A stretch of 64,000 bases of DNA from Actinomycetota bacterium (GTDB lineage: Bacteria; Actinomycetota; Thermoleophilia; RBG-16-64-13), in the NCBI GenBank assembly GCA_018830645.1, contig JAHJSA010000069.1, forward strand, positions 55,279 through 119,278, in the 5' to 3' direction. Under the pieces are notes generated by a model that ran no database searches, was not told the origin of the DNA, and worked only from the letters and a program-made list of their open reading frames with translations. Both the position numbers and the translations under genes were made by a program. Below, piece after piece: positions 55,825 through 64,000 of the stretch (positions are counted from its first letter, which is position 1; each line of letters opens with the position of its first letter).

Positions 55825-57021
55825 TCAGCCCGCCGCTTTCGCCTCCGCGTACGCCCATTCGATCCAGGGGAAGGCGGCCTCGAGATCGGAGGTCTCGACC
55901 GTGGCCCCGCCCCACAGCCTAAGTCCGGGAGGCGCGTCGCGATAGGCGCCCACGTCGAAGGCGGCGGCTTCAGCCTCGAGCAGCGAGGCGACCTTCTTCG
56001 CCACCTTCGCTTGGTCCTCCGCCGAGAGCCCCTCGAACCACGGGTCGACGATCTTGAGGCAGATCGACGTGCACGAGATGGTCGCGGGATCCTCCGCCAG
56101 GAAGTCGACCCACGGAGTGCGGGCCACCCAGCCGGACACAGCGGCGAGGTTACGCTCGCTGCGTTCGACGAGCCCCAACACACCGCCAACGCTCTCCGCC
56201 CACGTCAGGCCATCATGGGCGTCTTCCACGCAGAGCATGCTGGGAGTGTTGATCGTGTCCCCCTGGAAGATGGACTCGTTCAGCTTCCCACCCTTGACCA
56301 TGCGGAACACCTTGGGCATCGGCCACACGGGAGAGTAACTCTCGAGGCGTTCCACCGCCCGCGGGCTCAAGATCAGGACGCCGTGCGCGGCCTCACCGCC
56401 GAGGACCTTCTGCCAGGAGTAGGTGACCACATCGAGCTTGTCCCAGGGTAGGTGCATGGCGAACACCGCCGAGGTGGCGTCGCAGATGGTGAGGCCCTCC
56501 CGCTCGGCTGGGATCCAGTCGCCGTTCGGCAGGCGCACTCCCGAAGTGGTGCCGTTCCAGGTGAAGACCACGTCGCGCGAGAAGTCCACCTGCGTCAGAT
56601 CGGGGAGCTTCCCGTAGCCCGCGACGAACGTGCGCACGTCCGGCAGCTTCAGCTGCTTGACGATGTCGGTGACCCACCCCTCGCCGAAGCTCTCCCAGGC
56701 GCACACATCCACGCCTCGAGCGCCAAGGAGCGACCAGAGGGCCATCTCCACAGCCCCGGTGTCGGAGCCGGGGACGATGCCAAGCCGGTACCCCTCCGGA
56801 AGACCAAGCATCTCCTTGGAGCGCTCGATCAGGCTCTTCAAGCGGGCGCGCCCTTCCTTGGAGCGGTGCGAGCGGCCAACGTAGGCGTCGGATAGCACGG
56901 ACGGGTCCCATCCTGGTCGTTTTGCGCAGGGGCCAGATGAAAGATGCGGTCTGACTGGGCGCTCGGACGGCTTGTCCACGGCACTCACTCCTCTAGCTTC
57001 GGGATCCATCGACTCAAGCAT
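55825..57021 (-). CDS. serC: Phosphoserine aminotransferase
   Basis: [11 protein letters not shown], the signature of the actinobacterial/archaeal-type SerC, plus a PLP-lysine region. Confidence 0.8.
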   Translation of the reverse strand: MLESMDPEARGVSAVDKPSERPVRPHLSSGPCAKRPGWDPSVLSDAYVGRSHRSKEGRARLKSLIERSKEMLGLPEGYRLGIVPGSDTGAVEMALWSLLGARGVDVCAWESFGEGWVTDIVKQLKLPDVRTFVAGYGKLPDLTQVDFSRDVVFTWNGTTSGVRLPNGDWIPAEREGLTICDATSAVFAMHLPWDKLDVVTYSWQKVLGGEAAHGVLILSPRAVERLESYSPVWPMPKVFRMVKGGKLNESIFQGDTINTPSMLCVEDAHDGLTWAESVGGVLGLVERSERNLAAVSGWVARTPWVDFLAEDPATISCTSICLKIVDPWFEGLSAEDQAKVAKKVASLLEAEAAAFDVGAYRDAPPGLRLWGGATVETSDLEAAFPWIEWAYAEAKAAG

Positions 57022-57115
57022 TCAGGCCTTATGACACGAACCACCATCAGAACCGCAGCATATTCAGGAAGGCGGTTCCCGTCAACGCGAGTGCCGTACC
57101 CGGGTCAGGAACCGC

Positions 57116-59401
57116 TCAAGCGTCACCTCGCCGGATGATCCAACAGGAGTGCCCGCCCCTACCGCGCTGGAAATCGGGAGGCGTGGTCTTCTGAGTGACA
57201 TCTTCGGGGCGAAGGTCGGCCAAGGCCTCCGCGTCAAGCCGAAAGCGACGCCGGTTCGTGGAGAAGATCAGGGTGCCCGGCGAGGCGAGCAGGCGCGTGG
57301 TGGCGCGGATGAGATCCACATGGTCCCGCTGCACGTCGAGAGTCGCCTGCCCCATCTTGCTCGAATTCGAGAAGGTGGGTGGGTCCAAGAACACGAGGTC
57401 GTACGAAGCCGGCGGCTCACGTCTGATCCACTCGAGGCAGTCGGCACGGAGCAACCGATTCGCCGCTCCTGAAGCCAACCCGTTCAGCGCGAGATTCCGC
57501 GCAGCCCACTCCAGGTAGCGCGCGGATTGGTCCACCGACGTGGTGGTCGCGGCTCCTCCCGCCGCCGCGTAGACAGTCGCGGCGCCCGTGTACGAGAACA
57601 GGTTGAGGAATCGGGTGCCCCGCGCAAGGTCGCGGATCAACGCTCGGGTCATGCGGTGGTCGAGAAACAGGCCTGTGTCGAGCCGGGAGGTGAAGTCCAC
57701 CAGGAAGCGTAGACCTCCCTCCCCCACCTCGTGGAGCTCTGCGTGCTCGCTCAGGCGGCCGTATTGATCAGTGCCGCTCTGCTTTCGCCTCACCTTCAAG
57801 AAGATACGGTCCGCGGGGAAGTCGAGCACTTCCGCGACCGCCTCGATCACGTCGCGGAGCCGGGCCTGAGCTCGCCGTGGGTCCACCGTCGGGGGTGCCT
57901 GGTACTCCTGCACGTGCACGCGGTCTTCGTACACATCCACCGCGACGGCATATTCGGGCAGATCGGCGTCGTAGAGGCGGTAGCACGTGACCGCTTCACG
58001 CCGTGCCCACTTGCGAAGGTGCTTCTCGTTCTTGCGCAGGCGGTCCGCGAGCATCTGCCTGCCCGCGCTCCCTTTCGCCGCGACGCCTCCGCCTCCGGCG
58101 AAGCGTCCGGGCACCACGTCGAACAGCAGCAGCTTGACCGCGATGGCTCCGTTGTAGAGGGCGTAGGTCTTGTGAGCGCGGAGCCCCGTCCACAGACCCA
58201 GCTCGAGATCACTGGTGAGAACAGCCGCCCTCCAACCCAGGAACCCCTCACGGAGAGTGCGACCCAGTTCCGCGTACAGAGGGCCGAGGGTGTCTGAGCT
58301 GCCGAGACGCTCGCCGTAGGGCGGGTTGACCACCACGAGTCCCGGCGCGGCGCCAGCTGCGCCCATCTCCTCTCCGTCTTCCGCGGACCCACCGGCGCCC
58401 GCCTGCCCGCCGCCCGCCGCGCCGGACACGCCGCCATCTGCGTCGCCGCCGCCCGCCCGTTTCGACACGCCGACGGGAGGCCCTTCGAGGTGGGAAAGGT
58501 CACCCTCGCTGAACCGCACGGCTCCACGCAACCCCGCCCGCTCCGCGGCGGTCCGGGCGAGGCGGACGCTTCGACGATCGGAGTCGAACCCGTAGATGGG
58601 CGGTATCCGCGCTCGGCCCGCGTCGCGCCTTGTGCCTGCTTCGGCCAAGAGCCGCTCCCAAAGCGCGGCGTCGTGGCCTTTCCAACCCAGGAACCCCCAG
58701 TAGTCGCGGAGCAGTCCCGGGGCCACGTCGCCCGCCAGGAGTGCGGCCTCGATCGGCAGCGTACCCGAACCGCACATGGGGTCCACGAGCGGGCCGCCGC
58801 TGGCGGCGATGTCCGGCCAGCCCGCCCGCACCAGCACCGCCGCGGCGAGGCTCTCCTTCAGCGGTGCGGCCACCTGGGACCCCTGCTCGCGATAGCCGCG
58901 TCGGTGGAGGGCGGCACCCGACAGATCGAGGCTCACCATCGCAGTGTCATCCTGGGCATGCACGTTCACGCGCACACCGGGTCGCTCGAGGTCTATCGAG
59001 GGCCGGCCACCCGTGCGGTCGCGAAAGCGATCCACGATGGCGTCCTTCACCCTCAGGGCGGCGAAGTGCGTGTGGCTGAGCGGTGAGCGGACGACGGTGA
59101 CGTCAACAGCCACGGTGCCGGCCACGTCGAGATGGCGCTCCCACTCGAGAAGACGCACGCCCTCGTAGAGCGCGTCGGGATCGCCGGCAGGAACCTCGGC
59201 GAGAGGTAGCAGCACACGGCTGGCGAAGCGAGACCACAAGCACGCGCGGTACGCGGTCTCCAGCCCACCCGAGAATCGACAGCCCGCGCGGGCCTCCTTC
59301 ACGCCGGTCGCGCCGAGTGCGCGCAACTCGTCCACCAGTAGCGGCTCAAGTCCACGCGCCGCGGTCGCGAACAATCCAAGGGCGCCTGCCGTCACCGTCA
59401 T
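57116..59401 (-). CDS. rlmL: Bifunctional 23S rRNA methyltransferase RlmKL (m2G2445 / m7G2069)
   Basis: THUMP + N-terminal MTase (VDPMCGSGT, NPPYG) and C-terminal SAM-MTase (LFSYTGA, DPP). Contains a Gly-rich insertion. Confidence 0.85.
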   Translation of the reverse strand: MTVTAGALGLFATAARGLEPLLVDELRALGATGVKEARAGCRFSGGLETAYRACLWSRFASRVLLPLAEVPAGDPDALYEGVRLLEWERHLDVAGTVAVDVTVVRSPLSHTHFAALRVKDAIVDRFRDRTGGRPSIDLERPGVRVNVHAQDDTAMVSLDLSGAALHRRGYREQGSQVAAPLKESLAAAVLVRAGWPDIAASGGPLVDPMCGSGTLPIEAALLAGDVAPGLLRDYWGFLGWKGHDAALWERLLAEAGTRRDAGRARIPPIYGFDSDRRSVRLARTAAERAGLRGAVRFSEGDLSHLEGPPVGVSKRAGGGDADGGVSGAAGGGQAGAGGSAEDGEEMGAAGAAPGLVVVNPPYGERLGSSDTLGPLYAELGRTLREGFLGWRAAVLTSDLELGLWTGLRAHKTYALYNGAIAVKLLLFDVVPGRFAGGGGVAAKGSAGRQMLADRLRKNEKHLRKWARREAVTCYRLYDADLPEYAVAVDVYEDRVHVQEYQAPPTVDPRRAQARLRDVIEAVAEVLDFPADRIFLKVRRKQSGTDQYGRLSEHAELHEVGEGGLRFLVDFTSRLDTGLFLDHRMTRALIRDLARGTRFLNLFSYTGAATVYAAAGGAATTTSVDQSARYLEWAARNLALNGLASGAANRLLRADCLEWIRREPPASYDLVFLDPPTFSNSSKMGQATLDVQRDHVDLIRATTRLLASPGTLIFSTNRRRFRLDAEALADLRPEDVTQKTTPPDFQRGRGGHSCWIIRRGDA

Positions 59402-59725
59402 CTACTGCCTCCCTGACCCCTCTTCTCGTCCGGCGAGCCCCTGTCTCAAGCCCTTGTTCCCCTATGATACTCTGCAGACCCAAGGCCACGCGGGAGAGGG
59501 TTGGCGGTTCGGCCCGGCACACTCGGCGCTCCCTGGCTCATCGCGCGCGGCAACCTCCAGAACGACTGAGTGCCGGTGCTCGGACCACCTACCCGTTCGT
59601 GGCGTCGGTGGACAAGGTTCACGCGCTGGTCTGCAGGGGGATCTCCGGCGCTGGCTCCGGCCGGTTCTCCCGGGCGGAAGCTCCAAGCCGCACGCTGATA
59701 GATAGGATCGGCAAGGAGGGACCGA

Positions 59726-60148
59726 TTGGACAGGATCGAGTTCATCAGCAAGAACGACGGGATGATCCGCCAGTTCGGCATGCGGGTCGAGGAGGCCGGA
59801 GACGGGTACGCCAAGGTCTCGGTGGTCGTGGAAGACGCCTTCCTCAACCAGCACGGTGTTGCCCACGGAGCCCTGGTGTTCGCCCTTGCCGACGTGGCAT
59901 TCGCGATCGCCGTGAACTCCCTCACCGACGCCATGGGGGTACAGTGGAGTCTCAACATCCTGCGCGCCGCGCGGGCCGGCGAGACTCTCACGGCCGAGTG
60001 CTCCACGGTGCACCGCGGCTCGCGACTGTTCGTCGTGCACTACACGGTCACATCCAACAGCGGCAAACTCGTCGCCCAGGGACAGGCCACGGCGCTGCCG
60101 GTGGAGAACACCGCCATCAAGACCGGGGGCGACGCGCCCGCGGGGTGA
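59726..60148 (+). CDS. PaaI/YbgC-like hotdog-fold thioesterase
   Basis: HGGALVFALADVAFA region typical of PaaI-family thioesterases. 140 aa. Confidence 0.75.
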   Translation: MDRIEFISKNDGMIRQFGMRVEEAGDGYAKVSVVVEDAFLNQHGVAHGALVFALADVAFAIAVNSLTDAMGVQWSLNILRAARAGETLTAECSTVHRGSRLFVVHYTVTSNSGKLVAQGQATALPVENTAIKTGGDAPAG

Positions 60149-60380
60149 GGGCGACCACCTCCCACGGCAGATAGCCCTCCGACCGCACGACCGTGCCGCC
60201 TACTGTGGTGGTGGGCACGGTGGGAACCGCAGGCGCAGGCTCGCTCCACACCACGTGTATCTTATCGCCGAACTCATGGAGCAGCCGCGCGAGCGTTCCC
60301 TCGCGGAACGCGCTCCTTTCGGAAGCGGAGTAGTCCTGCACGGCGACGCGGCGCTCCAGGACTTCGATCACCACGACCAT
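60117..60380 (-). CDS. Hypothetical protein (87 aa)
   Basis: ORF only. 3' overlap with the PaaI gene. Confidence 0.2.
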   Translation of the reverse strand: MVVVIEVLERRVAVQDYSASERSAFREGTLARLLHEFGDKIHVVWSEPAPAVPTVPTTTVGGTVVRSEGYLPWEVVALTPRARRPRS

Positions 60381-60689
60381 GAGGTCATCCCTTCACCCGG
60401 CGGACGGAACTCGGAGCGGACCGCTCCCCAGAGCACCGTCCGCGCGCAGCTCTACGCGCCGTCTGTGCACGGCAGTCTACCGCATAGAAAGCATGCTCCC
60501 ATGGTAAGCTACATCCGATCACTGACCTGTTGGATCACTGGGTCGTGGGCGACGCCCGAACCGGCGGTTCCGCACCGTCGGCACGTCGAACGAGCCTCGC
60601 GTCGCCGGTAGCCTTCATCGGCCGACCGCGAGGCGCAGGAGCATCCTCGCCACACACCCATCTTACGAGTAGGAGGAGACCGGCGACGT

Positions 60690-63600
60690 ATGGCCACGCT
60701 CGGGATCGACATCGGCTGTATCAGTACGAAGATGGCGGTTGTGGGAGAGGAGTCGGACCGCGAGGCCTTCGCCCGACTCGCACACGACCACCCGCTGTTC
60801 CGCACTCCCCCGGCCTCAGCGGCCGCGGATGAGGGCTCGACGGGGGCGCCGCTCCTGGTGACCGAGTACCGCCGCATCACCGGTAGCCCCATCGAAAGCT
60901 CCCGTGGTCTGCTCTCCGAGGTGCTCGAAGCTCTACCTCCCGACTCCGTGTCGGGCATCAGGGCCACCGGCTCGGGTGCCAAGCTCATCGCGTCCGGTTT
61001 GGGCGCCGGCATCGAGAACGAGTTCAAGGCGATCGCGCGGGCCGTGGGCACGCTCCACCCAGAGGTAGCGTACGTCTTCGAGATGGGCGGCGAGACCTCG
61101 AAGTTCATTCAACTCGAGACAGACCCCGACACGGGTCGAGTGGGCATCGCCGACTACCAGACCAACGGGGACTGCGCGGCGGGCACCGGTTCGTTCATGG
61201 ATCAACAGGCGAACCGCCTGCTGTACGAGGTCGAGGACATAGGCGAGATCGTGTGCGGCGCCGGCAAGGCCGCCACCATCGCGGGCCGCTGCTCGGTGTT
61301 CGCGAAGTCCGACATGATCCACGCGCAACAGAAGGGTTACCAACCGCCCGAGGTCCTCAAAGGTCTCTGCAACGCTGTCATCCGCAACTACAAGGGCACG
61401 ATCGCCAAAGGCAAGCATGTCGACGGCAAAGTGGCCTTCATCGGTGGGGTCGCGGCGAACGAGGGGGCGGTCGAAGCCCTACTCGAAGCCTTCGAACTCC
61501 CGCGGGAGCGCCTCCTGATCCCACGTGACTACGCGTGGATGGGGGCCATCGGCGCTGCGCTCATCGAAGCGGATGAGGCGGCCGGCCGCGCTCCCATGGT
61601 GATCGACGTGCAAGACCTCGGCACTCTGCAGTCGGGTGGGCTCCCCATCTCCGATCCACTCAACATGGATCGCGTCATCCTTCTGCGCGACAGGGTGAAG
61701 CCGTACGAGCTTCCCGCCGAAGGCACGTTCGACGCGTATCTGGGTATCGACGTGGGCTCGGTGTCCACCAACCTCGTGGTGCTCGACGCCGACGGCGAGG
61801 TGGTCAAGGAGATCTACATCAAGACGGACGGCCGCCCGGTAGAAGTGGTCAACAGAGGTCTTGCTGAGATTCGCGACGAGCTCGGCGACAGGCTCGTGAT
61901 CAGGGGTGTGGGCACCACCGGCTCCGGGCGTGAGCTGATCGGGGAGTTGGCCGGAGCCGATACCGTGAACGATGAGATCACGGCCCACAAGACGGGCGCC
62001 ACGTTCATCGGGCGCAAGCTCATCGGCCGCATCCCCGACACCATCTTCGAGATCGGAGGGCAAGATTCGAAGTACATCAGCCTGCAGGACGGCGTCGTGG
62101 TGGACTTCGCCATGAACGAAGCCTGCGCCGCGGGCACGGGCTCGTTCCTCGAAGAGCAGGCCGAGAAGCTCGGCATCAGTATCATTGGCGAGTTCGCCGA
62201 ATTGGGCCTGGGCGCCCCCTCCCCCGTGCGACTCGGAGAGCGCTGCACGGTGTTCATGGAGCGCGACGTCAACTCGTATCTGCAGCGTGGGGCGGAGAAG
62301 GCGGATCTCGTGGCCGGCCTCGCCTACTCGATCGTCTACAACTACCTGAACCGCCTGGTCGGCACGCGTCACGTGGGCGACACCATCTACTTCCAGGGCG
62401 GCACCGCCTACAACGACGCCGTGGCCGCCGCGTTCAGCCAGGTGCTCGACAAGGAGATCATCGTACCGCCGCACAACGGCGTGGTGGGAGCCATCGGCAT
62501 GGGCCTGCTCGCCCGCGAGAAGATGTCGGCCACGGGCGACATCTCGCGCTTCCGGGGCTGGGACCTCGAACAGGTGGACTACACGATCCGCGAGTTCACG
62601 TGCAAGGGTTGCACCAACGAGTGCGACATCCGCCAGTTCACCATCGGCGACGAGAAGACCTACTGGGGCGACAAGTGCTCCGACCGGTACCGCAAACGGG
62701 CCAAGGTGGACAAGACCCCGGTGATACAAGACCTTCTCGCCTTCCGCGAGAAGGTGGCGTTCTCCTACATCGTCGACGACCAGAGCCAAGCGCCCGTTGA
62801 AGCTCGCAAGACCGACCGTGACGGGGCGCCCGACTTCTCCGGCATGGTGCGCACCGGCTCTGGCGCGCGCCTGGGCACCGTGGGGATCCCCCGCTCCATG
62901 TACACGTTCGACCGCCTACCCTTCTGGTCGGTGTTCTTCAAGGAGTGCGGCTTCGACGTACTCATCTCGGGTGAGACCGACAAGCACATCCGCGAGGCCG
63001 GGGTGGATCACTCGGTGGCCGAGCCGTGCTTCCCGATACGAGTGGCCCATGGGCACGTGTCGCAGCTCTTCGGGGGCGGCGCCGACACGGTGTTCATCCC
63101 GAACATCCTCAACGAGGAGACCGATCACCCCGAGATCGAATCCCACGCGTGCCCCTGGGGGCAGACCCTCCCCTGGGTCGTCCGGGCGGCTCCGCATCTC
63201 GAGCAGTACGCGGACCGTATGCTCACTCCCACCATCCACTTCCGTCGCGGGCCGCGCTATCTGAAGGAGTCTCTGGGGAAGTCGGTCAAGCAGTTCGGAG
63301 TCAGACAGAAGGTCGTCGACCACGCGGTCGACCGAGCCTACGAGGCCCAAGCCAGGTACAAGAACGCACTCGTGCAGGCCGGCAGCGACGCGCTCGCCGC
63401 CATCGAAGAGCAGGGAGAGATGGGGATCGTGCTCCTGGGACGCGGCTACAACGTGTACGACTCGGGCGTCAACATGGATATCCCCGCCAAGCTGCGCAAG
63501 TACTATGGGGTGAACGTGATCCCCCTGGACTTCCTGCCGCTCTGGGGAACGCCTACGCAGGATGTCGTGCCGAACATGTTCTGGAACTACGGACGGCGCA

Positions 63601-63869
63601 TGATCCAGGCCGCGAAGTTCGTGGCTGAGCGCCCATACCTTCACATCATCTACATCACGAATTTCAAGTGCGGCCCCGACTCGTACATCAAGCACTTCGT
63701 GCGGACGGCCTCGGCGCAGCCCTTCCTCACGCTGCAGTTCGACGAGCACACCAACGACGCCGGCGCGATGACCCGCTGCGAAGCCTACCTCGACAGCAAG
63801 GGGTTCCTGCGCTGGTGGACCCGCGACGCGCAGGCCGCCCAAGTGCCGGCAGTGGGAGAGAGAACGTGA
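60690..63869 (+). CDS. Fusion of two BadF/BadG/BcrA/BcrD (HgdC-type) ATPase 'activase' modules with a C-terminal dehydratase-like (DUF2229-type) domain
   Basis: Two ASKHA starts (GIDIGCISTK; GIDVGSVSTN). Cys pairs after each module for a bridging [4Fe-4S] cluster. About 400-aa C-terminal domain with conserved Cys/His. Confidence 0.8.
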   Translation: MATLGIDIGCISTKMAVVGEESDREAFARLAHDHPLFRTPPASAAADEGSTGAPLLVTEYRRITGSPIESSRGLLSEVLEALPPDSVSGIRATGSGAKLIASGLGAGIENEFKAIARAVGTLHPEVAYVFEMGGETSKFIQLETDPDTGRVGIADYQTNGDCAAGTGSFMDQQANRLLYEVEDIGEIVCGAGKAATIAGRCSVFAKSDMIHAQQKGYQPPEVLKGLCNAVIRNYKGTIAKGKHVDGKVAFIGGVAANEGAVEALLEAFELPRERLLIPRDYAWMGAIGAALIEADEAAGRAPMVIDVQDLGTLQSGGLPISDPLNMDRVILLRDRVKPYELPAEGTFDAYLGIDVGSVSTNLVVLDADGEVVKEIYIKTDGRPVEVVNRGLAEIRDELGDRLVIRGVGTTGSGRELIGELAGADTVNDEITAHKTGATFIGRKLIGRIPDTIFEIGGQDSKYISLQDGVVVDFAMNEACAAGTGSFLEEQAEKLGISIIGEFAELGLGAPSPVRLGERCTVFMERDVNSYLQRGAEKADLVAGLAYSIVYNYLNRLVGTRHVGDTIYFQGGTAYNDAVAAAFSQVLDKEIIVPPHNGVVGAIGMGLLAREKMSATGDISRFRGWDLEQVDYTIREFTCKGCTNECDIRQFTIGDEKTYWGDKCSDRYRKRAKVDKTPVIQDLLAFREKVAFSYIVDDQSQAPVEARKTDRDGAPDFSGMVRTGSGARLGTVGIPRSMYTFDRLPFWSVFFKECGFDVLISGETDKHIREAGVDHSVAEPCFPIRVAHGHVSQLFGGGADTVFIPNILNEETDHPEIESHACPWGQTLPWVVRAAPHLEQYADRMLTPTIHFRRGPRYLKESLGKSVKQFGVRQKVVDHAVDRAYEAQARYKNALVQAGSDALAAIEEQGEMGIVLLGRGYNVYDSGVNMDIPAKLRKYYGVNVIPLDFLPLWGTPTQDVVPNMFWNYGRRMIQAAKFVAERPYLHIIYITNFKCGPDSYIKHFVRTASAQPFLTLQFDEHTNDAGAMTRCEAYLDSKGFLRWWTRDAQAAQVPAVGERT

Positions 63870-64000
63870 GCACCGAGACCAAGGCCGCAGGCAACGGGAA
63901 GGCCACCCGGGAGCAGGCGGAGCGCGCATACATGGGCACGTCGGCGCCCAAGAGCCTCCGGAGCGCCGAGAGCAGCCCAATGGTGAGCGGTGAGATCGAC
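63866..64000 (+). CDS. Partial CDS, GTGA-coupled partner of the activase fusion (possibly the catalytic dehydratase / double-cubane-type subunit)
   Basis: GTG at 63866 overlaps the upstream stop. An open frame continues to the window end. Confidence 0.35.
   Translation, partial: MSTETKAAGNGKATREQAERAYMGTSAPKSLRSAESSPMVSGEID

Noticed and set aside
61479-62789. 436-aa minus-strand ORF
   Set aside because: Antisense to the activase fusion gene.
1-64000. rRNA, tRNA or tmRNA genes
   Set aside because: Scanned intergenic regions by eye for conserved T-loop/acceptor patterns (GGTTCGAATCC-like) and rRNA signatures and found none. A computational tRNA scan would be needed to exclude them fully.

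Overview
This is a 64 kb high-GC (roughly two-thirds G+C by eye) bacterial chromosomal segment. Genes are tightly packed and many are coupled by ATGA/GTGA stop-start overlaps. I could not recognise any rRNA, tRNA or CRISPR array. I call about 60 protein-coding genes.

The first ~10 kb looks accessory and decayed. It holds two HepT/MNT toxin-antitoxin pairs, one of which has a ribbon-helix-helix (RHH) domain fused to the MNT. It also holds a Fic gene sitting on a low-GC palindrome, a TetR remnant next to an MFS transporter, and a truncated glutaredoxin stub in front of a CPA2-RCK antiporter.

The middle of the window is mostly housekeeping or metabolic:
- Tex, HIBADH-like and Fe-ADH dehydrogenases, TerC, a bacterial dynamin-like GTPase, a MIP channel, a GGDEF cyclase, and PadR and MarR regulators.
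- PatB/MalY, PanE, a URO-D-like protein, Fpg/Nei, a YpfJ peptidase, an Orn/Lys/Arg decarboxylase, Qor, an M20 amidohydrolase and a CBS protein.
- GdhA, SerC, RlmKL and a PaaI thioesterase.

The most unusual locus is at 37.0-45.9 kb. A minus-strand operon runs from a class III aminotransferase through a conserved hypothetical to a four-subunit 2-oxoacid:ferredoxin oxidoreductase (korDABC). It ends in a TAT-less reductive-dehalogenase-like (RdhA-like) cobalamin/Fe-S protein. That gene lies tail-to-tail with a MarR-coupled epoxyqueuosine-reductase-like (QueG-like) reductase whose C-terminus is an SCP2 lipid-binding domain. This second gene carries a -1 frameshift in the sequence as given.

Other candidate modules:
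- Two paralogous winged-helix + CCG-like + 2x[4Fe-4S] proteins flank qor.
- A glutaredoxin-like/FtrC-like pair resembles a ferredoxin:disulfide reductase and sits divergent from a hybrid histidine kinase.
- A protein with two receiver-like domains and a PPDK_N (ATP-grasp) domain is paired with an alpha-oxoamine synthase.
- A 1059-aa fusion of two BcrAD/HgdC-type activases with a dehydratase-like C-terminus is stop-start coupled (GTGA) to a downstream gene.
- A PadR-DUF1700/RDD module.

Several short tandem or direct repeat arrays and a C10 homopolymer tract are also noted.
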